From: Methylotenera sp. | GTDB lineage: Bacteria > Pseudomonadota > Gammaproteobacteria > Burkholderiales > Methylophilaceae | Direction of reading: 5' to 3' | DNA length: 53,084 nucleotides | Assembly (NCBI GenBank): GCA_025359405.1 | Contig: JANYGD010000117.1 | Span: forward strand, 1 to 53,084 | Part shown: positions 42,172 to 52,805 of the stretch, one piece after another | Layout of the letters: each line of letters starts with the position of its first letter | Position numbering within the stretch: position 1 is the stretch's first letter | The notes under the pieces: generated by a model | Told to the model about the DNA's origin: nothing | The model's input: only the letters and a program-made list of their open reading frames with translations | Databases searched by the model: none | Translations under genes and position numbers: made by a program

Positions 42172-44870
42172 ATTTCGCTGCTCTGAAATCGCTCAAACTG
42201 CAATTGCCGTTCTGGCAAGCGAAGCAGGGGTGTAACTTCGCAATAAACAAGCAAATTTACATCATCAAATCGCACGGCAGCTTCGCCTGCTTTTATTTCT
42301 TGTGCGATGGCTTCTATGCCGGCTTTCCAGTGAGTTAACAACGTTTGCCAATCGCTAAAGTTTTGCAAAAAAGCGGGTTTGCGTTTATCGACTTCGGTTT
42401 CGAAATCACTATCCGCAACACCTAAAAGCGCATGTTCTGCAGTTTTCACTATGCCGAAGCGTACAGCCGCAACTCGCGACTCTTCATCTGCCCCAAAAGT
42501 CGCCCAAAAAACAGCATAGACAGGTAGTTGCGGCTCGGTAATGCGTGATTCACCCCAGTTTTTCATCTCGGGTTTTTGTCCGGTTTTGTAGTCTATAAAC
42601 TCAATTTTTCCATCTTCGAGTGCATGAATTCGGTCTATTTTGAGTGTGATTTCAATGTCGCAAATATCGACTTGTTTTTCTGCCTCACAGGCGACGATAT
42701 TAAACACAATGCCGCGCTCCTTCTCGTATTGCAGCCAATCGCCAATTAGTTTATATAGCCGTTCATATTCAAGTTCTAGTACTGTAGCGGACGCCACGTT
42801 ACCCTCGGCAGCAAAGTCGAGTAGCGTGTTGCGAATGGCTAGATTTAAGGCTTGCGCTAAATCGGGTTCGTTCATATCGCGCAAATCGGCAAAGTGGCGA
42901 TACTTTTCACTAGGATGCCAAAATTGTTCTAACACACTGTGAACTAATGAGCCGCGATCTTTATTATCTAAGCCATTGCTGGGTGTTTTGAGCGCTTTTG
43001 CACCAAGCCGATATTGGTAAAACCCCCAGGCGGGGCAAATGGCCTGTGCTCGGAGCAAAGCAGTGCCACCAGAAACGTGTTCACCTGTTTGTACAACTGG
43101 TGCAAGATGGTCTTCAACATGTTCCAAATTGCTATTTCCTTGGCGAGTCAATTGTTCGGCCAGTGTTTCTGCAAGCGGCATGACATCTAGAGTTTTAATA
43201 TCTTTCATGAGCGGTGAAGCGCGCAATTGGCTATCGCCTTCAGTTTTGCTGCTAGAGAAAATAATATTTTGCGCAGAGTGCAATAAACGTTCTTGAATAG
43301 TTGTCGCAAAGGCTGCTTGAATACTATTATCTGCATTTGGTACCTTGGCCGCGCGCTGAATAAACGCCGGTAGCAGCGAGTTGGGTCTGGCGGGGGGTGG
43401 CCAAATATGGTCATTCATCTGCATCACCCACATGGCGTCCACGGGCGCGCTCAGAGCCTCCAAAATGCCCAAAATCTGTATGGATGGTTCATCCTCGGTT
43501 TCAGCTTGAAACACCTGTTCGGTGCAGATTTGTTGCATGAGCTGCGCGGCTTCAGACATGGATAGATTTTTGCCCAAAACATCCAAATTTTTAAGCTGTT
43601 GTAAAGCTTTTTGCCAAGCACTAATGGCTTGAAACTCAAGGCTAATCAGGTTACGCTCGCCAGGCCACTTTAACGCAGAAAGCAACGATTCCAGTATTTG
43701 CACCCATTGCGAAGGCGTTGCTTTTTTGTTTGAAATTACTGCAAATGCAGCGTTCATATCCGCCAATAAACGCGGTATATTCAAGCCATTTTCATGCTGT
43801 ATTTTGGCGAACACAATCAAATGAGAAAGCGTAAACTGCATCGGTAGTTTTTCGCGTATTTTGGCGTCCAGCAAGGCGCGTGCATCTGCTTCTTGCTGGT
43901 TGGCAGACCAAAATGGTGAAAGCAACATACTTGAAACATCAGCTTGCTGAAGTTGGTAACTACTGAATAAGCGTAGCAAGTTTAACGCCGCTTGAATAAT
44001 AGGCTGCTGGTTTAAAGGCGTTCCAAGTGAAAAGTTATAGTGTCGCGCAGTATCTGCTAAACCGGGGCGCACACTGGCAGGGTAAAATACGTCGTCGAGA
44101 AAATCCGCTAATTGGTTTCTAATTTTACTCAATTGTGGTGCGATTATTGCAAGTTTTGCATTTGGATTTTGTTCTAACATTTGCTTTGCCCAAGCAACAG
44201 CAGCGCGGCATTCGGTTTCTTGATTTTCTAGACTCACGTGCTGTATTTGTGCAGCTTCTGCTCGCGTTGTCACATAATTGGCCACTTGCACCCCACGCGT
44301 TTTTAATACCTTGCGTAATCTTTGTTCTTGTGGCACGATTTGGTCAAAACCTGCAAACTCGATACGCGTGGGAAGCTCACCAGCACTGTGCGCTAGGCAA
44401 TCCAGCTGCCAATCTGTATAACGTACGCTTTCAAGCACATTCAGCTGCTTGCAACGTTGCTGAAACGCGCGTTGCCATTGCACGAACTGACGCGATTCTT
44501 CTGCCTGGTGTTCGCGTGGAATATGCAAATTCCACGCAATTTGGTAACGATTTGCCTCCACCGCCGCGCTGGCCAAGCCGGAAACATCAAATAAATCGCC
44601 AAACGCATTTTTTTTGAGCGATTGCGTGATAATTTCTTCCCACAATAGTTGCTCGTTAAATGGACTTAAGGCATTTTGTGGTTCCGTAATTTGCCCCGAT
44701 AACAAGCCTTGTTCAGTGATGCCTTCTAACCACTGCGAAAGCGTCTGCACGGCGACACTTTGCCATTGCATTTGGCCAAGTTGCGTGTATTTATGCGCGA
44801 TATCGGCTTGAATGCTACGCACCAACCTAGCAGTTGGGCACAGAATGAGTGAATTGGCGGTGTTTAGCAT
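42168..44870 (-). CDS. AddB-like protein with PD-(D/E)xK nuclease domain
   Basis: Degenerate helicase-like N-region, AQAICP, RGSLVH, KIDRI...IDYKTG and PQLPVY. Translationally coupled to the helicase gene. Confidence 0.88.
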   Translation of the reverse strand: MLNTANSLILCPTARLVRSIQADIAHKYTQLGQMQWQSVAVQTLSQWLEGITEQGLLSGQITEPQNALSPFNEQLLWEEIITQSLKKNAFGDLFDVSGLASAAVEANRYQIAWNLHIPREHQAEESRQFVQWQRAFQQRCKQLNVLESVRYTDWQLDCLAHSAGELPTRIEFAGFDQIVPQEQRLRKVLKTRGVQVANYVTTRAEAAQIQHVSLENQETECRAAVAWAKQMLEQNPNAKLAIIAPQLSKIRNQLADFLDDVFYPASVRPGLADTARHYNFSLGTPLNQQPIIQAALNLLRLFSSYQLQQADVSSMLLSPFWSANQQEADARALLDAKIREKLPMQFTLSHLIVFAKIQHENGLNIPRLLADMNAAFAVISNKKATPSQWVQILESLLSALKWPGERNLISLEFQAISAWQKALQQLKNLDVLGKNLSMSEAAQLMQQICTEQVFQAETEDEPSIQILGILEALSAPVDAMWVMQMNDHIWPPPARPNSLLPAFIQRAAKVPNADNSIQAAFATTIQERLLHSAQNIIFSSSKTEGDSQLRASPLMKDIKTLDVMPLAETLAEQLTRQGNSNLEHVEDHLAPVVQTGEHVSGGTALLRAQAICPAWGFYQYRLGAKALKTPSNGLDNKDRGSLVHSVLEQFWHPSEKYRHFADLRDMNEPDLAQALNLAIRNTLLDFAAEGNVASATVLELEYERLYKLIGDWLQYEKERGIVFNIVACEAEKQVDICDIEITLKIDRIHALEDGKIEFIDYKTGQKPEMKNWGESRITEPQLPVYAVFWATFGADEESRVAAVRFGIVKTAEHALLGVADSDFETEVDKRKPAFLQNFSDWQTLLTHWKAGIEAIAQEIKAGEAAVRFDDVNLLVYCEVTPLLRLPERQLQFERFQSSEI

Positions 44871-44950
44871 ACCCGAATTCTATTGGATATTTAGCGGCAA
44901 CAGTAGTGTTAAAATAGTGCAAATCTATTGTTTCAATAAAGGAAATTGAC

Positions 44951-45331
44951 ATGCTTGCGCAATTTGCAAAATTTTCAAAAGTTTTTATTTGGTTGTTGTT
45001 GATTCCAATCGCACTATTTGCGCTCTACACTTGGGCGGCTTTGACTTGGGCGTATTCATCTGGCGAGCGTGCCGGCTATGTGCAAAAACTCTCACAAAAG
45101 GGCTGGGTGTGCAAAACGTATGAGGGTGAGTTGATTTTGGTTTCGATGCCCGGCACGCAGGCGGAGAAATTTGCTTTTACCGTGCGCGATGAAAACATAG
45201 CGAAGAAAATCGATGAAACTGTGGGCAAACGCGTGCGTTTGGTTTATGAGGAGCACAAAGGCATTCCGACGGATTGCTTTGGTGAGACTTCTTATTTTGT
45301 GCAAGACGTACAGTTGTTAGATAAGCAATAA
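44951..45331 (+). CDS. Conserved hypothetical membrane-anchored protein
   Basis: AAGGA RBS, N-terminal TM and YSSGERAGYVQKLSQKGWVCKTYEGEL motif. Confidence 0.8.
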   Translation: MLAQFAKFSKVFIWLLLIPIALFALYTWAALTWAYSSGERAGYVQKLSQKGWVCKTYEGELILVSMPGTQAEKFAFTVRDENIAKKIDETVGKRVRLVYEEHKGIPTDCFGETSYFVQDVQLLDKQ

Positions 45332-45339
45332 TTTAAGTA

Positions 45340-45870
45340 ATGGCACTACAAAAAAATTTAGCGATTAATGATGAAAAAAACTACATCACGCCTGAAGGTT
45401 TTGCTGCGCTACAGGCCGAATTTCATCAGCTATATAAAGTAGAGCGGCCAGAAGTTGTCAGAACCGTTTCATGGGCGGCCAGCAATGGTGATAGAAGCGA
45501 GAATGGCGATTATATTTACGGCAAACGCCGTTTGCGGCAGATTGATGGGCGTTTAAAGCATTTGATGAAGCGCATGGATTTGGCCGAAATTGTAGATCCC
45601 AGCCTGCAACAGCATTTAGAAAAAGTGTTTTTTGGCGCTTGGGTGACTTTATTTAATTTATCGGATGATAGTGAGCATGTGTATCGCATTGTCGGTAAAG
45701 ACGAACTTGAGCCCACAAAAGGTTACATTAGCTGGGTTTCGCCATTAGCAAAGGCTATGCTGGGCAAGGGTTTTGGCGATACTATACGCGTGATTACACC
45801 AAAAAATGAAGAGACGTTTGAAGTGGTGGACATTCGCTATTCACAGGCAAAAGAGAATACAAGCGCTTGA
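45340..45870 (+). CDS. greB: Transcription elongation factor GreB
   Basis: NYITPEG, WAASNGDRSENGDYIYGKRRLRQID and ISWVSPLAKA. Confidence 0.96.
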   Translation: MALQKNLAINDEKNYITPEGFAALQAEFHQLYKVERPEVVRTVSWAASNGDRSENGDYIYGKRRLRQIDGRLKHLMKRMDLAEIVDPSLQQHLEKVFFGAWVTLFNLSDDSEHVYRIVGKDELEPTKGYISWVSPLAKAMLGKGFGDTIRVITPKNEETFEVVDIRYSQAKENTSA

Positions 45871-45901
45871 ACTTTAATCATTATTCAGTTATCTTAGTGG
45901 C

Positions 45902-46285
45902 ATGTTAAGGCGTTTTTCACGATTTTTTGCTTGTTTGCTTTTGGTGCTAATACCGCTGCAAAGCATTGCTGCAGCTAATATAGGTATATGTAACAGCATG
46001 ATGCAATCTCAAGCGGGTGAACAGAAATCAGCCAATATGCCTTGCGCCAAAAACATGGCAGGCATGTCCAAAGTTGCTCAAAATCAAGGTGGCTGCACAC
46101 ATAAGAGTGCGTGCAAAACCATTTGTGCCACACTTTGTGCGAGCTTGAGCGCAATGACCGCGCTACCAAGCGATATTAAGCCAGCTACTTTTCTGGTTTC
46201 AGCTGCCTTGATTAGTATGCCTCATCAAGCTTACGCTTCAATCACCCAACCCAACCTACAACGCCCACCCATACTCCTTTCTTAA
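45902..46285 (+). CDS. Cys/Met-rich exported protein with C-terminal RPP (CopL/CzcI/DUF2946-like leader)
   Basis: Signal-like N-terminus, CTHKSACKTICATLC cluster, ends NLQRPPILLS. First gene of the metal efflux cluster. Confidence 0.7.
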   Translation: MLRRFSRFFACLLLVLIPLQSIAAANIGICNSMMQSQAGEQKSANMPCAKNMAGMSKVAQNQGGCTHKSACKTICATLCASLSAMTALPSDIKPATFLVSAALISMPHQAYASITQPNLQRPPILLS

Positions 46286-46295
46286 ATAAGCGTTA

Positions 46296-46326
46296 TCACG
46301 CCTATTTTGTGGCGTGACATTATTTT
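46296..46326 (+). terminator. Possible attenuator hairpin between the leader gene and cusC
   Basis: TCACGCC/GGCGTGA 7-bp stem, 10 nt after the leader stop, followed by CATTATTTT (weak U-tract). Confidence 0.4.
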
Positions 46327-46347
46327 TAAGAGTCATAGGAGTGTTTT

Positions 46348-47616
46348 ATGAATATCCGATTATTGGGCGAAAGCCTTCTATTTAGTTGCTTATTATTTAT
46401 CGCCTTTACTGCAAAAGCAGAACAGCCACTAACCCTAGCTGAAGCCATTCAATTGGCGACTCAAAGCCAACCTTTGCTGCAATCTTTAGATAATGCCGCA
46501 GACTCAACACGCCAAGCGGCGGTTGCAGAAGGTCAATTGCCAGACCCTAAACTTAAATTTGGCATGATTAACTTGCCTGTGACAACACGTGATGCCCTAC
46601 ATTTTGATCGTGATGATCAAACTATGGTCAATGTTGGGTTTTCACAAGAGATGATTCCACTAAAAAAACGCGAAGTTGCTTCAAGTAAAATGCTGGCAGA
46701 GGCTGATCAATTTCATACTGAGCAAATAGCTACCGCTAGAAGTATTGAACGTGATGTGGCTTTGGCGTGGCTAGATGTTTATGAGGCGCAGCGTAAATCC
46801 GAATTATATCAACGTATTGCGGATGAAATGTCAGCCGAACGAAAGGTATTGGCTGCTGGTGTAAGTTCAGGTGGCGCAAAAACCAGTGAGGTGTTAGCAG
46901 TAGATACCGAGGTATCTTTGACTAATGAAAAACGTATCTTTGCAGAACGTGATGAGCGCAAAGCCCGAGCTGCGCTAGCACGTTGGATAGGTAATTCTGC
47001 ATCGCGCCAAATATCGCCTGAACTTCCAGTGATGACTAACAGTTTAAACCAAGCAGCAATACAAAAAGAACTCGACAATCATCCACTACTAAAAAATGCC
47101 TATCAAAGCGAAAAAGTTGCGCAATTAGATGTAGAAAGTGCGCAAGCGAATCTGCAGCGAAATTGGGGTTGGGAGGTAGGCTATGGTAAACGTTTTGCTG
47201 ACCGTAGCGATATGTTGAGTTTTCAGGTTTCTATGGATTTGCAACTCGATAGAACAAATCGGCAAGACAGGCGAACAGCCGAAAAACTGGTGTTAGTGGA
47301 AAAAGCACACAAAGTAACCGAAGATAAAAGACGTGAATTATCAGCAGATTTAGAAGATGCGCTAGCCGATGCAGAGGCCGCAGAAGCGCGTGAAAGTGTG
47401 CGTCTAACCAGCTTAATCCCCAATGCAAAGGCTAGATTGAGTGTTGCCCAAGCAGGGTATGCGGCAGGTAAAAATTCACTCGGTGAGGTTTGGGAAGCGC
47501 GTAGAGCTATGATTGAAATTGAGCTAGACCACTGGACAGTTCTCACAGATCGTCAGCGCGCTGCCGTAAAAATTGGCTATTTGCTTAATGATACTCAATT
47601 GTTTAAATCAAATTAA
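46348..47616 (+). CDS. TolC-family outer-membrane factor of a heavy-metal RND system (CusC-like)
   Basis: Signal peptide, LTLAEAIQLA, GQLPDPKL and helical repeats. Upstream of the MFP and RND genes. Confidence 0.88.
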   Translation: MNIRLLGESLLFSCLLFIAFTAKAEQPLTLAEAIQLATQSQPLLQSLDNAADSTRQAAVAEGQLPDPKLKFGMINLPVTTRDALHFDRDDQTMVNVGFSQEMIPLKKREVASSKMLAEADQFHTEQIATARSIERDVALAWLDVYEAQRKSELYQRIADEMSAERKVLAAGVSSGGAKTSEVLAVDTEVSLTNEKRIFAERDERKARAALARWIGNSASRQISPELPVMTNSLNQAAIQKELDNHPLLKNAYQSEKVAQLDVESAQANLQRNWGWEVGYGKRFADRSDMLSFQVSMDLQLDRTNRQDRRTAEKLVLVEKAHKVTEDKRRELSADLEDALADAEAAEARESVRLTSLIPNAKARLSVAQAGYAAGKNSLGEVWEARRAMIEIELDHWTVLTDRQRAAVKIGYLLNDTQLFKSN

Positions 47617-47628
47617 AAGGAATACACC

Positions 47629-47934
47629 ATGAAAACGACACAAATTTTAGCAATTACAGCAATTATAGTGACCGTTATTGGTTGTTCTAAACAAGATAAT
47701 ACTGTGGCGATTGACAAGGCAGCAATGAAGCCTGCTATTGAATCGGCAGCATCTGTTGAAATGCTACCCAATGAAATTAAGGCAGATGATATGAGCGGTG
47801 TGAATGTAGAACAAGACAGTAGTGGAAAAAAAGTAATTTATTGGGAAGACCCAATGGTGGAAGGTAGACATTTTAATAAATCAGGCAAGTCTCCTTTTAT
47901 GGACATGCAATTAGCGCCGCGATATGCACAGTAG
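47629..47934 (+). CDS. Small lipoprotein with a stand-alone heavy-metal-binding domain
   Basis: AAGGA RBS, lipobox VIGC and YWEDPM...[10 protein letters not shown]. Confidence 0.8.
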   Translation: MKTTQILAITAIIVTVIGCSKQDNTVAIDKAAMKPAIESAASVEMLPNEIKADDMSGVNVEQDSSGKKVIYWEDPMVEGRHFNKSGKSPFMDMQLAPRYAQ

Positions 47935-47982
47935 TTTGAGTGCTAATTCACTTAGTAAATAAAAAGAAATGAAGGAAATAAA

Positions 47983-49302
47983 ATGAAACGACTCCATTTA
48001 TTAATCATTGCCGTCTTGTTAGCCTTGTTTACAGGATTAGGCTGGTTTTTAGGGCAAAAAAATAATCAAACGCCAATTTCTGAAAATATTGCGCCCAAAA
48101 AAATGGCAAAATCAATACCAAGCAAACCTATTAATAACGGCGTTGTTCAAGATGATAGTGGCAAAACAGTTAAATATTGGTATGACCCAATGGTGCCTGC
48201 TCAAAAATTCGACAAGCCTGGAAAATCACCTTTTATGGACATGCAACTAGAACCTAAATATGCTGAAGCTGGCGACGCTAGCGAAGAAGGTGGAGTCACT
48301 ATTTCGTCGCAAACCGCACAAAACCTAGGTGTCAGATTAGAGAAAGTTGAAACAAAGACTTTTGGAGAATCACTTGCGGCTGTTGGTCGTATAGAACCTG
48401 ATGAGCGACGCTTTTATGCAGTGCAAACGCGTATTCCTGGTTTTGTGGAGCGTTTATCGGTGCGCGCTGTGGGTGACCCTGTGGTTAAAGGGCAGAAAGT
48501 GGCTGAAATCTACGCACCAGAATTGCTGGCTGCTCAGCAAGAGTATTTAGCGTTGCTCACCTTAAATGATGTCGACAGTGACAATTCACTTAAGCAAGCA
48601 GCGCGTAATCGGCTGAGATTGCTTGGAATGTCTGAGGGTGAAGTTGCTGCAATCACTAAAACTGGCAAATCTAGCCCACGATTTGGTGTGTATGCGCCTG
48701 CTTCTGGTGTGCTTACAGAGCTAGGCGTTCGTGAGGGCGGGCAAATCATGACAGGTAGCTCTTTGATGCAAATTACCGATTTGTCACAAGTTTGGCTGAT
48801 TGCGGAAATACCTGAGCGTGATGCGGCCAGATTAAAGCCGGGATTAGCCGCAGAAGTACAGCTGCAAAGCCTGCCAAGAGAGACATTCAAAGGCAAGGTA
48901 GGCTACCTTTATCCGATGTTGAATGATACTTCCAGAACCTTGCAGGTACGCATAGAGCTGTCAAATAAGGCGAATCAGTTAAGACCGGGTATGTATGCCA
49001 ATGTTGCATTTACTGGACAAACGCATGAGGCTTTATCTGTGCCTACTGAAAGTGTTATCGCGACAGGTAAACGCAAAATTGTCATCGTAAAAGAAACCAA
49101 TGGCTATCGCCCTGCGGAGGTTACAACAGGCCAAGAACGTGATAACCACACCGAAATACTTAGCGGTTTATCAAATGGCGAAGAAGTGGTCGCTTCTGGG
49201 CAGTTCTTGATTGACTCGGAAGCCTCGCTATCAGGCGTTTTGGCACGCTTATCTCAGCGAGATAAAGCCATGAAAGACGGTATGAAGGGAGCAAAACCGT
49301 GA
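47983..49302 (+). CDS. cusB: CusB-like RND periplasmic adaptor
   Basis: YWYDPM...[28 protein letters not shown] and GQFLIDSEA. Confidence 0.9.
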   Translation: MKRLHLLIIAVLLALFTGLGWFLGQKNNQTPISENIAPKKMAKSIPSKPINNGVVQDDSGKTVKYWYDPMVPAQKFDKPGKSPFMDMQLEPKYAEAGDASEEGGVTISSQTAQNLGVRLEKVETKTFGESLAAVGRIEPDERRFYAVQTRIPGFVERLSVRAVGDPVVKGQKVAEIYAPELLAAQQEYLALLTLNDVDSDNSLKQAARNRLRLLGMSEGEVAAITKTGKSSPRFGVYAPASGVLTELGVREGGQIMTGSSLMQITDLSQVWLIAEIPERDAARLKPGLAAEVQLQSLPRETFKGKVGYLYPMLNDTSRTLQVRIELSNKANQLRPGMYANVAFTGQTHEALSVPTESVIATGKRKIVIVKETNGYRPAEVTTGQERDNHTEILSGLSNGEEVVASGQFLIDSEASLSGVLARLSQRDKAMKDGMKGAKP

Positions 49303-52300
49303 TTGCTCAACTCATACGTTGGTCGGCTAATAATCGCTTATTGGTGTTGTTAGCGTCACTCATGGTGGTGGCTTGGGGCGTGTTTGCTATGCTTAAAACG
49401 CCGCTAGACGCGATACCTGATTTGTCTGATACGCAGGTCATCATTCGCACCCAATGGCCTGGACAAGCACCACAGATTGTCGAAAATCAACTCACTTATC
49501 CATTGACCACTACGATGCTCTCCGTGCCAGGAGTTAAAACAGTGCGTGGTTATTCATTTTTTGGTGATTCATTTGTTTATATTTTGTTCAACGATGGCAC
49601 CGACCAATATTGGGCGCGTTCTCGCGTGCTGGAATACTTGAGTCAAATTTCTTCAAAATTACCTAAAGGTGCAAACCCCAGCTTGGGGCCAGATGCCACT
49701 GGTGTGGGTTGGGTGTATGAATACGCGCTGGTGGATCGTAGCGGTAAGCACGATTTAGGTGAGCTACGCGCACTACAAGATTGGTTTCTAAAATTTGAGT
49801 TAAAGACTATTCCTGGTGTGGCTGAAGTCGCCACGTTAGGCGGTATGGTGCGTCAATATCAAGTGCAGGTAGACCCTGATAAGTTACGCAATTACCGTAT
49901 TCCCTTATCAAAAGTCGTGTCAGCGATTCAATCAGCCAATCAGGAAACAGGCGGCGCAGTGGTAGAAACTGCTGAGGCAGAGTACATGGTGCGGGCGCAT
50001 GGTTATCTGGAGTCATTGGATGATTTCCGCAATATTCCACTAAGCGTCAGTGATGGGGGAACGCCCATTCTGTTGTCTGATGTTGCCCGAATACAAATTG
50101 GCCCCGAACTTAGACGTGGTGTTGCTGAGTTGAATGGCGAGGGTGAAGTCACGGGTGGCGTCATCGTCATGCGTGCTGGGCAAAATGCATTAGAAGCCAT
50201 TGATGCAGTAAAACTCAAACTTGCTACCTTGAAAAAGAGCCTGCCAGAAGGTGTAGAGATTGTGACTACTTATGACAGGTCACAACTCATCAAGCGTGCA
50301 GTGGATAATTTAACGCATAAGTTGATTGAAGAATTCATTGTGGTGGCACTGGTATGTGCGTTATTTCTATGGCACTTTCGTTCAGCATTGGTGGCGATTG
50401 TCGCTTTGCCTATAGGCGTATTAGTGAGCTTTATCGTGATGTACTATCAAGGAGTTAATGCCAATATCATGTCGCTAGGCGGCATTGCCATTGCGATTGG
50501 TGCGATGGTGGATGCGGCGATTGTGATGATTGAGAATGCACATCGAAAACTTGAGCATTACAAGAACACGCACGGTGAACCTGATAACCAGCAGCGTATC
50601 AAGTTGATTATTGATGCGGCGAGTGAAGTGGGGCCTGCATTGTTTTTCTCTCTACTGATTATCACTTTGTCCTTCATTCCTGTATTTACCTTGGAAGCAC
50701 AAGAAGGCAAATTATTTGCACCACTGGCCTTCACCAAAACTTATGCCATGGCAGCCGCAGCAGGTTTGTCGGTGACGTTAATTCCAGTATTGATGACTAT
50801 ATTTATTCGTGGTCACATTCGACCTGAACATGACAACCCGCTCAATCGTTGTCTGATTGCGCTCTACAAGCCTCTGCTTGGTAAAGTGCTACATTATCCA
50901 AAAATCACGCTAGGTGTCGCATTCGTTTTGGTTTTGATAACACTATATCCGCTGAGTAAATTGGGCAGTGAATTCATGCCACCATTGGATGAAGGGGATT
51001 TACTTTATATGCCAACAGCATTGCCAGGATTATCTGTTTCTAAAGCATCAGAAATTCTGCAATTGAGTGATAGGCTCATTAAAACCGTGCCCGAAGTAAA
51101 ATCAGTATTTGGCAAAACAGGTCGCGCTGAAACGGCAACCGACCCTGCACCGCTAGAAATGCTGGAAACCACTATTCAATTCAAACCACGAGATGAATGG
51201 CGCGCTGGCATGACACCAGAAAAATTGGTGAAAGAACTAGATGCAAGGCTGAAAATACCTGGGATGGCCAATGTATGGGTACAACCTATTCGCAATCGAA
51301 TAGATATGCTTTCAACAGGTATTAAAAGTCCTGTCGGTATCAAAATCGGCGGTGCTGATTTAGCCACGTTGGAAAAACTTGGCGAAGAAGTCGAGCGCAT
51401 TATAAAAACCGTACCTGGCGTAGGCTCAGTTATTGCTGAACGGGTGACAGGTGGACGGTATATTGATGTGAAAATTGATAGACTCAAAATCGCGCGTTAC
51501 GGTTTGAATATTGATGATGTACAAATGTTAATTTCTATCGCCATTGGGGGAGATAACATCGGCGAAAAGATTGATGGTTTAGCGCGCTTTCCAATCAATG
51601 TGAGATTTCCAAGGGAACTGCGTGATTCAGTGGAAAAACTAAAAAACTTACCCATCATTACTGAAAAAGGCGCTACCGTACCATTAGGTGAAGTCGCAGA
51701 AATAAAAATCACTGATGGCCCACCAATGATAAAAAGCGAAAATGCACGGCCTAATGTTTGGGTGTACGTAGATATTCAAGATCGAGATTTAGGTGGTTTT
51801 GTAAAAGACGCTAAAGCGACGCTGGATAAAGAATTGCAGTTGCCAGCAGGCTATTCACTCACGTGGTCTGGTCAGTTCGAGTACTTTGAGCGCGCATCAA
51901 AACGGCTCAGTTATGTCGTACCGATGACGCTAGGCATTATTTTTATCATGTTGTTTTTAGCCTTCAAACGTATCACACCTGCAATTCTTATACTGGGTAG
52001 TTTGCCATTTTCCTTAGTCGGTGCGGTGTGGTTTCTGTACTTTTTAGGCTATCATTTTTCTATTGCCAGTGGTGTGGGTATGATTGCTTTATCAGGGTTA
52101 GCCGCAGAATTTGGTATCATTATGCTGGTGTATTTAGACGATGCGATTGAACGCTACCGAGCTGCGGGTAAGCTCAACAATAAAGAAGACTTATACGCAG
52201 CATTGATTGAAGGTGCTGCTTTGCGAGTGCGGCCAAAGGCAATGACCGTTGCAGTGATATTGGCGGGTTTAATCCCTATCTTAATCGGCACTGGCACGGG

Positions 52301-52418
52301 TTCAGAGGCCATGAGCCGCATTGCTGCACCAATGGTGGGCGGCATGCTAACCGCGCCGCTTCTATCCTTATTTGTGCTGCCAGCGGCTTACATGTTATTT
52401 AAGTTTGATAGAACTTAA
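49299..52418 (+). CDS. cusA: CusA-family Cu(I)/Ag(I) RND efflux pump
   Basis: [56 protein letters not shown] and RVRPKAMT. Confidence 0.96.
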   Translation: MIAQLIRWSANNRLLVLLASLMVVAWGVFAMLKTPLDAIPDLSDTQVIIRTQWPGQAPQIVENQLTYPLTTTMLSVPGVKTVRGYSFFGDSFVYILFNDGTDQYWARSRVLEYLSQISSKLPKGANPSLGPDATGVGWVYEYALVDRSGKHDLGELRALQDWFLKFELKTIPGVAEVATLGGMVRQYQVQVDPDKLRNYRIPLSKVVSAIQSANQETGGAVVETAEAEYMVRAHGYLESLDDFRNIPLSVSDGGTPILLSDVARIQIGPELRRGVAELNGEGEVTGGVIVMRAGQNALEAIDAVKLKLATLKKSLPEGVEIVTTYDRSQLIKRAVDNLTHKLIEEFIVVALVCALFLWHFRSALVAIVALPIGVLVSFIVMYYQGVNANIMSLGGIAIAIGAMVDAAIVMIENAHRKLEHYKNTHGEPDNQQRIKLIIDAASEVGPALFFSLLIITLSFIPVFTLEAQEGKLFAPLAFTKTYAMAAAAGLSVTLIPVLMTIFIRGHIRPEHDNPLNRCLIALYKPLLGKVLHYPKITLGVAFVLVLITLYPLSKLGSEFMPPLDEGDLLYMPTALPGLSVSKASEILQLSDRLIKTVPEVKSVFGKTGRAETATDPAPLEMLETTIQFKPRDEWRAGMTPEKLVKELDARLKIPGMANVWVQPIRNRIDMLSTGIKSPVGIKIGGADLATLEKLGEEVERIIKTVPGVGSVIAERVTGGRYIDVKIDRLKIARYGLNIDDVQMLISIAIGGDNIGEKIDGLARFPINVRFPRELRDSVEKLKNLPIITEKGATVPLGEVAEIKITDGPPMIKSENARPNVWVYVDIQDRDLGGFVKDAKATLDKELQLPAGYSLTWSGQFEYFERASKRLSYVVPMTLGIIFIMLFLAFKRITPAILILGSLPFSLVGAVWFLYFLGYHFSIASGVGMIALSGLAAEFGIIMLVYLDDAIERYRAAGKLNNKEDLYAALIEGAALRVRPKAMTVAVILAGLIPILIGTGTGSEAMSRIAAPMVGGMLTAPLLSLFVLPAAYMLFKFDRT

Positions 52419-52453
52419 AATATTTACTCATCACCTAACTAAGGGGATTTTAA

Positions 52454-52531
52454 ATGTTACAGATTATTCTCAATTTTCGTCCGCTTGTGTCGCTATTGCC
52501 ACTGCTATTAGCAAGTTGCGCTGCAAACTGA
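52454..52531 (+). pseudogene. 5' remnant of a lipoprotein gene (signal peptide only)
   Basis: AAGGGG RBS then MLQIILNFRPLVSLLPLLLASCAAN*. The lipobox LASC is followed by a stop after three residues. Confidence 0.65.
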
Positions 52532-52775
52532 ACAGTTAAGAGCAGCAGGAATGACCTGCGGTGGCTGTACAAGTAGTGTTACCAAAGCGCTTAAGGCTCT
52601 TAATGGAGTAATAAATGATGTCACCGTTTCTTTATCAGGTGGTAAAGCAACAGTGCAATATGACGAGAAGTTAACCACTACTGAACAATTAAAATCAGCG
52701 GTAATAGAAGCTGGTTATGGCGTAGATGCATCCAGTGCTGCGGAGCAAGCTCAGGGTAAAGGCTGCTGCGGATAA
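52521..52775 (+). CDS. copZ: CopZ-like copper chaperone lacking its native ATG/RBS (possible pseudogene)
   Basis: Frame reads (CTG)QTEQLRAAGMTCGGC...AVIEAGY...GKGCCG. HMA strand 1 lies upstream of the Met at 52551. Confidence 0.75.
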   Translation: MQTEQLRAAGMTCGGCTSSVTKALKALNGVINDVTVSLSGGKATVQYDEKLTTTEQLKSAVIEAGYGVDASSAAEQAQGKGCCG

Positions 52776-52805
52776 GTTGCTTTAAATCATAGGGAGTAAA
52801 GCGGA

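Noticed and set aside
44951-45331. Enzyme assignment (e.g. a dehydrogenase) for the 126-aa protein
   Set aside because: No nucleotide-binding motif and too short, so left as hypothetical.
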